A stretch of DNA of 60,986 nt from a virus (taxonomy: Duplodnaviria; Caudoviricetes): positions 1-60,986 of the IMG/VR virus record IMGVR_UViG_3300033182_001015; one strand, 5' to 3'. This document shows positions 19,044 through 25,250 of this stretch, one piece after another (position 1 is the stretch's first letter; each line of letters opens with the position of its first letter). Made by a program: the position numbers and the translations under genes. Below the pieces are notes generated by a model, which saw only the letters and a list, made by a program, of their open reading frames with translations, had not been told where the DNA came from and made no database searches.

Positions 19044-19575
19044 CCATACCTTCTTCTAATTCGACTTCGTCTGGACTTGAAGTTACACCTTGTGCTTGCC
19101 ATGCGGCTTTCGCTTCAGGTCCAATGAGTCCGTCGTAAGGACATGGTGTACCAGCATTCATCATTGCACTAAAGACTCTCTTGTCTTGGCACATCAATGA
19201 TACTGCCGCTACCTTCATACCCATGTCGTAAAGTGTTTTGGCATTCTTCAGTCGTTCACAGTTTTCATCGGTAAATTGTGTACCTGTAGAAATACCGAGA
19301 ATTTGTGTTTGTACTGCTCCAGCTACACCAAAAGTACAAAGATCAGAGTTCGATGTATTGATCGTTGGTGTAATCGCCGATGCAGGAGGCGACTTCAGTG
19401 TCGTGGTAGTATTACCGTTTGTTGTGATCGTACTTGTAGTTGTCGACTCAGTTCTTATCACGTTAGGATCTACAGCTTGTTCTTGTGCCAATGCAGCAGG
19501 CAGCCAAGATACTAACAAAATAACACCAATACCGACGCACAAGATTCTGATCAAGCTCGCGTCTAGTTTATGCAT
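18970..19575 (-). CDS. Exported Cys-containing protein with C-terminal TM
   Basis: Signal anchor, Thr-rich linker, PPASA..P...DLC...DENCERLK...AAVSLMCQD...GTPCP. Confidence 0.75.
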   Translation of the reverse strand: MHKLDASLIRILCVGIGVILLVSWLPAALAQEQAVDPNVIRTESTTTSTITTNGNTTTTLKSPPASAITPTINTSNSDLCTFGVAGAVQTQILGISTGTQFTDENCERLKNAKTLYDMGMKVAAVSLMCQDKRVFSAMMNAGTPCPYDGLIGPEAKAAWQAQGVTSSPDEVELEEGMDEQTKDTAMAGGGVAGLLALLLLL

Positions 19576-19646
19576 TGTTATTTTTACCTATAAAATTGGA
19601 AATCATCAATATAGGCATGCTGTAGAATGGGGCTCATCCACAAAAG

Positions 19647-19654
19647 TATTTATA
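19647..19654 (-). promoter_or_regulatory. T4-type late promoter TATAAATA driving the minus-strand cassette
   Basis: TATTTATA on the + strand, about 70 nt upstream of ATG 19575. Confidence 0.65.
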
Positions 19655-19726
19655 CAAATAGGATCCTAGCCCTGTCCATTTATTGACAGGCCCTTGCAAC
19701 TCACGGCTTATACGCTATGGTTATAA

Positions 19727-19749
19727 GCTTAGACGTAAAAAGTCTAAGC
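19727..19749. other. Inverted repeat GCTTAGAC-N7-GTCTAAGC
   Basis: Perfect 8-bp stem in the divergent intergenic region. Confidence 0.7.
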
Positions 19750-19755
19750 AAGGCA

Positions 19756-19794
19756 TGTAATGGGGCCTCCCCATGAGGTAGAATAACAGGCCCC
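19756..19794 (+). promoter_or_regulatory. Sigma70-like promoter TGTAAT-N17-TAGAAT overlapped by a GGGGCCT/AGGCCCC inverted repeat
   Basis: Correct spacing; directly upstream of RBS AGGAG and ATG 19809. Confidence 0.55.
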
Positions 19795-19808
19795 GAAAGG
19801 AGAATACT

Positions 19809-20021
19809 ATGCAATCTATAACTCATCTTGAAAACCACCTCCCTCATCAACTCGAAATCTACCCAAACAGCTATAAAACTTTACCCCAAAATCGCATCAT
19901 TCTCGAACTTCCAAACTACGAATCTTGCATCAATTATCTCAAAAAACACTATCCAAACTTACCTTTAGATGTGGAATATGCAATTGCAATTCCTATTCCA
20001 AAAAATTCTAAGAAAAAGTAA
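19809..20021 (+). CDS. Small early hypothetical protein
   Basis: Strong RBS AGGAGAATACT-ATG; G-poor coding strand. Confidence 0.65.
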   Translation: MQSITHLENHLPHQLEIYPNSYKTLPQNRIILELPNYESCINYLKKHYPNLPLDVEYAIAIPIPKNSKKK

Positions 20022-20050
20022 ATATTAACAATATTTTTTCGTGAAAATCT

Positions 20051-20109
20051 CTAATAAAATCAATAACTTACAAGTGCCCAAAAAGTCCAATAAAATCAGT
20101 AACTTAGAG
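20051..20109 (+). repeat. 59-bp direct repeat, copy 1, with two IHF-consensus sites (20058-20070, 20094-20106)
   Basis: ctaataaaatcaataacttacaagtgcccaaaaagtccaataaaatcagtaacttagag; matches WATCARNNNNTTR twice. Confidence 0.85.
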
Positions 20110-20118
20110 GAGAATACT

Positions 20119-20310
20119 ATGCATACTTACCAACTCGACTGCGCTTCTGACTGCACTCTCGGCTACCTCTCTGATCTTTGCACCAAATACAATGCACACT
20201 ATCGCTCTCTCATCCATTATGGACCTGCCGGCGGTAATCCTTATATCGAATTCATTTTTAATAACCAAAACGACTTAGATCATTTTATTACCGATTATGT
20301 AAATAATTAA
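20119..20310 (+). CDS. Small early hypothetical protein (GPAGGNP motif)
   Basis: RBS GAGGAGAATACT-ATG; start reassigned from 20041, where the extension only translates the repeat. Confidence 0.7.
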   Translation: MHTYQLDCASDCTLGYLSDLCTKYNAHYRSLIHYGPAGGNPYIEFIFNNQNDLDHFITDYVNN

Positions 20311-20342
20311 CAAAAATAATCTAAAAAATGTCAAAAAAATGG

Positions 20343-20401
20343 CTAATGAAATCAATAACTTGCATGCGCCCAAAAAGTCCAATGAAATCAATAACTTAGA
20401 G
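20343..20401 (+). repeat. 59-bp direct repeat, copy 2, with two IHF-consensus sites (20350-20362, 20386-20398)
   Basis: ctaatgaaatcaataacttgcatgcgcccaaaaagtccaatgaaatcaataacttagag. Confidence 0.85.
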
Positions 20402-20402
20402 A

Positions 20403-20431
20403 TGTACAACCCCATCTCAGCAGGGTATAAT
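20403..20431 (+). promoter_or_regulatory. Sigma70-like promoter TGTACA-N17-TATAAT
   Basis: Perfect -10, 17-bp spacer, immediately after repeat copy 2. Confidence 0.7.
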
Positions 20432-20457
20432 GACTCTTGTCAAATGGAGATATACTT

Positions 20458-20964
20458 ATGAAAGCGATCATTCAGACTCAACACATGGAAAACTACGGCG
20501 CCCACGATTGGGACGGTAAGGGCGAGTGCCCTCAGTACTGGAAGCCAAAAGGTGGCAACACCTATATTTTCCAGTGCTCGATCGAGGACAACATGAACCC
20601 CGAGTGGTGGGCCCGAGTCGAGGCTGCTTGCACCAGCAAGAGCGAGTACTTCGAGGAGTACTCAATGGGTGAGACTGTTGTCGATGATATCGACTTCCGT
20701 CTTTCTGATCACATCGCTGATTGGGATTCTCCCTACTATGGTACGATCAAAGAAGATCGTATCTCTTTCAATCGCACGGTTGAAAACAAGCCGATGTCTG
20801 GCATGCGAGCTGAAATCGCGAAGGAGTTCACTGCATATGACGTGTTGGACAATGGTGAGAAAGTACATCACGGTGTTGCCTTCGAAATGGTAAACGGTGA
20901 TGTAATTCCTTTCGCTGAGCTTCGCGCTTGGCTTGATAAATATGCACCCGCGGAGGCAGCGTAA
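20458..20964 (+). CDS. Conserved phage hypothetical protein (ENYGAHDWDGKGECPQYWKPKGG)
   Basis: RBS GGAG before ATG 20458; motif recurrent in marine phage early genes. Confidence 0.8.
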   Translation: MKAIIQTQHMENYGAHDWDGKGECPQYWKPKGGNTYIFQCSIEDNMNPEWWARVEAACTSKSEYFEEYSMGETVVDDIDFRLSDHIADWDSPYYGTIKEDRISFNRTVENKPMSGMRAEIAKEFTAYDVLDNGEKVHHGVAFEMVNGDVIPFAELRAWLDKYAPAEAA

Positions 20965-21044
20965 TGAAAGATACACTGACTGGAATTTTTGTCATGGCAC
21001 TACTTGGTGCCGCCCTTGGAATCATGTTAGGAGTTTCAATATAA
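20964..21044 (+). CDS. 26-aa single-TM peptide
   Basis: Hand-translated MKDTLTGIFVMALLGAALGIMLGVSI; TAATG coupling on both sides, GGAGG RBS. Confidence 0.6.
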   Translation: MKDTLTGIFVMALLGAALGIMLGVSI

Positions 21045-21409
21045 TGGGTAGAAAAAGAAAGAACGATCCGTTTGCAGTCGAAGAAGTCGAAGTGTTTGAC
21101 CCCGACTTTAAGCAACCACAAATGATCATTCAGCTTCGTAAGATCGTCGACTCTATCGGCAATCCGAAGCCACTTCATTGGGTTCGCACTGACGGTGGTC
21201 GTAATATTTGGGTTGCTCATAAGCACGCCAAAACTATCGTCAATATGTACGATCAGCTGACGAGTCAAGAGTCTACCTCTTTCTCTTCGGTAGACAATCG
21301 TCAAGATCCTGCTATTAATGCTAAACGAACGCGGCTTAAGCGCGAGTTTATGCAGCGTCTACAAACCACTATCGGTCTTCAATCCATTCTCAAGGAGCTG
21401 CGCGCATGA
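21044..21409 (+). CDS. Hypothetical early protein
   Basis: AGGAG RBS before ATG 21044; start reassigned. Confidence 0.7.
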   Translation: MGRKRKNDPFAVEEVEVFDPDFKQPQMIIQLRKIVDSIGNPKPLHWVRTDGGRNIWVAHKHAKTIVNMYDQLTSQESTSFSSVDNRQDPAINAKRTRLKREFMQRLQTTIGLQSILKELRA

Positions 21410-21618
21410 CTAAGAGAGAGTTAGCAGCTTGCGAGTTTGGTAATCTGATGGACCACTATTTCGCGTATGACGATTTTCATCTCGGTGTATTTCCTCTGAT
21501 GAAGAGAACAATTGGTCGTGAGGATGCAGTTGATGACCGCGAATGGAGAAAGTTCGAAGCGCAACTGCTTGAGCTTATACTGAAGCAAATACCACCGGAG
21601 TTACCGAACGAACTATGA
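21406..21618 (+). CDS. Hypothetical protein
   Basis: AGGAG RBS, ATGA overlap. Confidence 0.65.
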   Translation: MTKRELAACEFGNLMDHYFAYDDFHLGVFPLMKRTIGREDAVDDREWRKFEAQLLELILKQIPPELPNEL

Positions 21619-21845
21619 GAATCTTCAAAGAAATTACTGATTGGCCTGAGGTCGAGTATGACGTCAAAAACCACACTTATGCTGTCAACGATGCAGGCAA
21701 GTGTGTTGGCTACTGCAAGTCAGGTACCACAGAGTGGATCTTCTTCAGTAAGCCTCGCTTCTTTGATCGAGCTCGCCGTAAGTTTATCCAACTCAAGTCA
21801 GGAAATATTTTTAATTTATTTCACAAAAACTATGTACAACACTAG
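21615..21845 (+). CDS. Hypothetical protein
   Basis: EITDW...NHTY...FDRARRKF motif; ATGA overlap. Confidence 0.65.
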   Translation: MRIFKEITDWPEVEYDVKNHTYAVNDAGKCVGYCKSGTTEWIFFSKPRFFDRARRKFIQLKSGNIFNLFHKNYVQH

Positions 21846-21861
21846 TTTTTTTTGATAGAAT
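21833..21861 (+). promoter_or_regulatory. Sigma70-like promoter TGTACA-N17-TAGAAT
   Basis: Spacing and motif shared with other promoters in the window. Confidence 0.65.
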
Positions 21862-21878
21862 GGTATCTGTAAATTGAA

Positions 21879-21960
21879 TTGGCGGACGAATGCAGTGGAG
21901 GGGTTGCAACCCGATACCGCCCAAATAGCTAAAATGAATATGAACCCCACTGCATTCACC
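21879..21960 (+). ncRNA. Candidate structured RNA leader (pseudoknot-capable) of the DUF932 gene
   Basis: 11-bp complement 21888-21898/21947-21957, GGCGG/CCGCC pairing, GGGT-TGCA-ACCC hairpin. Confidence 0.4.
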
Positions 21961-21987
21961 TTAATTAGCCTGTAGGAGGGCATTATT

Positions 21988-22974
21988 ATGGCACATATGG
22001 TTGAAACAATGGCATATGCTGGTGAAGTTCCGTGGCATGGATTGGGGGTCAAGGTATCAGACGATCTGACGCCAAAAGAAATGATGAAGGTTGCTGGTCT
22101 CGATTGGTCAGTAGATCGTCATCCGATAACGACTGTCGTTGATGGTGAAGAGATCACTATCGAAGGCAAAAAAGCTTTGGTTCGTTCATCTGACAACAAA
22201 GTACTCGACGTTGTAGGAGATCAGTGGATCCCAGTCCAAAATGCTGATGCGTTCGAGTTCTTTGACGAGTATGTGAAGGCTGGCGGCATGACGATGCACA
22301 CTGCTGGATCGTTGAAAGATGGCCAGATTGTTTGGGGACTCGCTAAGATCAACGAATCTTTTTCTCTCTTTGGCGGTAAGGATCAGGTAGACTCCTACCT
22401 CTTGCTATCAAATCCACATAATTATGGTCGCGGTGTTGATGTTCGATTCACACCCATTCGGGTTGTTTGCAATAACACCCTGTCAATGTCTCTTGAAGGC
22501 AAAGCATCGCTCGGTATTTCTCTGAACCACAAGTCAGAGTTTGACGCAGAGCGTGTCCGCCTTGCCCTCGATGAGGCATCTAAGAAGATGGAAACTTACC
22601 ACCAAATGGCTGATTTTCTGTCGAAGAAGTACTACAAGCAAACTGAACTGTTCGAGTACTTCAACCAAGTCTTCCCTGTTACCACCAATCGTGCTGGTAC
22701 AATGGACTTTGACGAGCTAATGAAGTCATTCCAAGAAGGTAAGAAAGCTGGTTCGCGTAATGCTCGAACTGCGATGGAAGTTATCAACACTCAACCTGGT
22801 GCAGATCTCGCCGAAGGTACATGGTGGAATGCTTACAACGCAGTGACTTACATGACTAACCACACTCTCGGCAACAGTCAAGATACTCGATTGCAGTCAG
22901 CTTGGTTCGGTCATAACAAGAACACGAACATCAATGCTTTAGGTATGGCAATTGAATACGCTCAAGCAGCGTAA
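21988..22974 (+). CDS. DUF932 / TIGR03299 phage-plasmid-like protein
   Basis: VPWHGLG, AGLDW, VQNADAFEFF, TAGSL..G, FTPIRVVCNNTL, GTWWNAYNAVT. Confidence 0.9.
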   Translation: MAHMVETMAYAGEVPWHGLGVKVSDDLTPKEMMKVAGLDWSVDRHPITTVVDGEEITIEGKKALVRSSDNKVLDVVGDQWIPVQNADAFEFFDEYVKAGGMTMHTAGSLKDGQIVWGLAKINESFSLFGGKDQVDSYLLLSNPHNYGRGVDVRFTPIRVVCNNTLSMSLEGKASLGISLNHKSEFDAERVRLALDEASKKMETYHQMADFLSKKYYKQTELFEYFNQVFPVTTNRAGTMDFDELMKSFQEGKKAGSRNARTAMEVINTQPGADLAEGTWWNAYNAVTYMTNHTLGNSQDTRLQSAWFGHNKNTNINALGMAIEYAQAA

Positions 22975-22980
22975 AGGTTT

Positions 22981-23005
22981 GGCGCCCGAAAGGGCGTCTT
23001 TTTTT
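22981..23005 (+). terminator. Rho-independent terminator
   Basis: GGCGCCC-GAAA-GGGCGTC stem followed by T7. Confidence 0.9.
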
Positions 23006-23009
23006 GACA

Positions 23010-23017
23010 TATAAATA
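23010..23017 (+). promoter_or_regulatory. T4-type late promoter TATAAATA
   Basis: Exact consensus right after the terminator. Confidence 0.75.
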
Positions 23018-23043
23018 TTATTCCATACAGAGGAGGATTTGTT

Positions 23044-23373
23044 ATGGAATTTGTAATTGCAGGATTGGTAGCGGTAGCAATTGCCGCTTTTGTTTTTTGG
23101 CCTCGCGTTAGCGAAAAGATCGATGATGTACAAGAAGACATCACCGAAGTTCGCGAAGAAGTTGTAGAGGCATTTGAAGAAGTCATTGACGATGTTGAGG
23201 ATGCAGTGCAAGAAGCGTTGGAAAAACTTCCTACTAAAGCGCAACTAATGAAACTGACCAAAGCAAAGATTGATGAACTGGCCGCTGAGGTTGGTATTAA
23301 GCTTGATCGTCGTCAGACGAAAGAGAAGATGGTTGCTGAACTTCAAAAGCAAGCTAAAAAAGCGAAAAAGTAA
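23044..23373 (+). CDS. Membrane-anchored acidic protein with C-terminal HeH/Rho-N-like motif
   Basis: N-terminal TM; LMKLTKAKIDELAAEVGIKLDRRQTKEKMV. Confidence 0.7.
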   Translation: MEFVIAGLVAVAIAAFVFWPRVSEKIDDVQEDITEVREEVVEAFEEVIDDVEDAVQEALEKLPTKAQLMKLTKAKIDELAAEVGIKLDRRQTKEKMVAELQKQAKKAKK

Positions 23374-23374
23374 T

Positions 23375-23623
23375 ATGTCAAAAGTAATCGACGACGCACC
23401 GAAAGAGTTCGGTGCTCAGTCTTTTCTATTCGAAATAGAGAAGCTACGTGAGAAAGATTCGATCGATTATATGGATGCCATTTTACATTATTGCGAAAGA
23501 AACGACATTGAGATCGAGGCAGTGGCTCAGTACATTCGTAAGAATCTAGTACTCAAAGCAAAGATACAAGAAGAGGCCGAAGAGCTTAATTTTCTACAAA
23601 AGACGGTAAGACTACCTATATAA
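23375..23623 (+). CDS. gp33: Late promoter transcription coactivator (gp33)
   Basis: IDYMDAILHYCERNDIEIE...LKAKIQEEAEELNFL...LPI; synteny gp33-gp59-gp32. Confidence 0.9.
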   Translation: MSKVIDDAPKEFGAQSFLFEIEKLREKDSIDYMDAILHYCERNDIEIEAVAQYIRKNLVLKAKIQEEAEELNFLQKTVRLPI

Positions 23624-24192
23624 TGGAGCCGTTCGAAGCCTACCAAAAATATCTTGCTCTCAAATTACATTTCGATTCTGAATCCTATGACTACTTCAAG
23701 TATCGTGGTAAGACGAATGCCAAGAAAGACAAATTTGATTTGAGGCAAGATCGTTTCTTTTTCCATCGTCTATCAAAGAAGGACGATCTCGAGTTGTACC
23801 TAGCCAGCAATCTGTTTGAGAAATCAGATGCTTGGGTAGGACAACTCCTTGATCAAGAATGCGTTGATAGATTCAAAGAGACCAAAAAACGTCATCAATC
23901 CTTAAAATATTTGTTTCAGCAAGACATGTCACAGTTCGATAGCCTTGACGAGGCCCTTGTTGTAAAGAACGGTGACTACCCGAAAGTACTCAACATGTAT
24001 AATAGAAAGGAGATCATGCCTGAAACCATGGTCATCTTGAATGCTACGTGTAGAGTATTTTGGTATTGGAAAGAAAACATTTCTGATACTATTATATGGC
24101 CGAAGACAATGAACAAGCTGTTGAAGTATCAACCGTTTGTGAAGTTTGATGTAGAAGATTATGTTGAACTCGTCGGCAATTTATATAAATAA
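23623..24192 (+). CDS. gp59: Helicase loader (gp59)
   Basis: YLALKLHF....YDYFKYRGK...R.DRFFF..L; synteny. Confidence 0.9.
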   Translation: MEPFEAYQKYLALKLHFDSESYDYFKYRGKTNAKKDKFDLRQDRFFFHRLSKKDDLELYLASNLFEKSDAWVGQLLDQECVDRFKETKKRHQSLKYLFQQDMSQFDSLDEALVVKNGDYPKVLNMYNRKEIMPETMVILNATCRVFWYWKENISDTIIWPKTMNKLLKYQPFVKFDVEDYVELVGNLYK

Positions 24193-24233
24193 GGGGGAGG
24201 GGGGTGTACAAGCACTCTCTTTTATAGTAAGAT
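24184..24233 (+). promoter_or_regulatory. Tandem late (TATAAATA 24184-24191) and sigma70-like (TGTACA-N17-TAAGAT 24205-24233) promoters for gp32
   Basis: Motif matches upstream of gp32. Confidence 0.6.
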
Positions 24234-24299
24234 ATACTTGTTATATGATGAATACTGTGAATAAACTGTTAATACATTCGCACATACAAGGAAATACAT

Positions 24300-25211
24300 A
24301 TGGATTTTGCAACATTAAAATCAAACCGTAAGTCGTCGTTCGATAAGCTTACAGCAGCCGCAGAAAAAGTTAGCGGCAATCAATCACAAAACAATGGCCC
24401 TGACGAGCGCTTTTGGAAACCCACAGTCGACACAGCAGGTAATGGTTCTGCCATTATCCGATTCTTGCCTGCACCCTCAGGTGAAGATGTGCCTTTCGTT
24501 CGATATTGGGACCATGGCTTCCAAGGTCCTGGTGGTTGGTACATCGAGAAGTCACTGACTTCTATCGGTCTCGACGATCCTGTCGGTGAATACAACTCTA
24601 AGTTGTGGAACTCTGGTCTTGAATCAGACAAAGAAATTGCACGTAAGCAGAAGCGACGCCTTCACTACGTGTCTAATATCTTGGTCGTCTCTGATCCCGC
24701 CAATCCTCAAAACGAAGGCAAAGTCTTCCTCTATGAGTATGGCAAAAAGATCTTTGATAAGATCAATGACCTCATGCACCCCGCTTTTGAAGACGAGGAT
24801 GCAGTTAACCCATTTGATCTGTGGGAAGGTGCCAACTTCCGCCTGCGCATTCGCAAGGTAGAAGGTTATCGTAACTACGACAAGTCAGCATTCGACTCTC
24901 CGTCTACTCTGTCTAACGATGATAGCGAACTTGAAACCATTTGGAAACAGGAACATGGTCTTGCCGAGTTCCTTGATCAGAAGAACTTCAAGTCGTATGA
25001 AGAGCTTCAACAGAAGTTGATGCGTGTACTTGGCGGTCAGCAACCTGGAACGATGGCTGAAGATGTACCTGATGCATCGCCTGCTGCTCCTGAAGTTGCG
25101 TCCGCATGGACTCCACCTGCAGCTGAAGCAGAACCAGTAACAGAAACAACAACGTCTTTCGATGACGATGACGAGTCACTGGATTTCTTTAGGAAGCTTG
25201 CTAACGAATAA
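24300..25211 (+). CDS. gp32: Single-stranded DNA-binding protein (gp32)
   Basis: DERFWKP, IRFLPAP, HGFQGPGGWYIE, YGKKIFDKI, YRNYDKS, acidic tail. Confidence 0.97.
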   Translation: MDFATLKSNRKSSFDKLTAAAEKVSGNQSQNNGPDERFWKPTVDTAGNGSAIIRFLPAPSGEDVPFVRYWDHGFQGPGGWYIEKSLTSIGLDDPVGEYNSKLWNSGLESDKEIARKQKRRLHYVSNILVVSDPANPQNEGKVFLYEYGKKIFDKINDLMHPAFEDEDAVNPFDLWEGANFRLRIRKVEGYRNYDKSAFDSPSTLSNDDSELETIWKQEHGLAEFLDQKNFKSYEELQQKLMRVLGGQQPGTMAEDVPDASPAAPEVASAWTPPAAEAEPVTETTTSFDDDDESLDFFRKLANE

Positions 25212-25228
25212 TGCTTGGGAAGCTACAC

Positions 25229-25250
25229 GGCCACTTCGGTGGCCTTTTTT
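25229..25250 (+). terminator. Rho-independent terminator with C(UUCG)G loop
   Basis: GGCCAC-TTCG-GTGGCC followed by T6. Confidence 0.9.

Noticed and set aside
19238-19669. Plus-strand 143-aa ORF and the many other short ORFs antisense to or nested in long genes
   Set aside because: Shadow ORFs of well-supported genes, without RBS or recognisable motifs
20041-20118. N-terminal extension MKISNKINNLQ... in the ORF track
   Set aside because: Just the translation of the DNA repeat; the strong RBS sits before ATG 20119
20051-20401. CRISPR-like mini-array
   Set aside because: Only two long repeats separated by a gene; the inter-motif segments are near-identical rather than unique spacers; no cas operon
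21920-21936. SAM-II/SAM-V riboswitch call from GCTAAAA
   Set aside because: The required 5' AUUU/GAUUU element and matching pairing are not present; kept only as an unnamed structured leader
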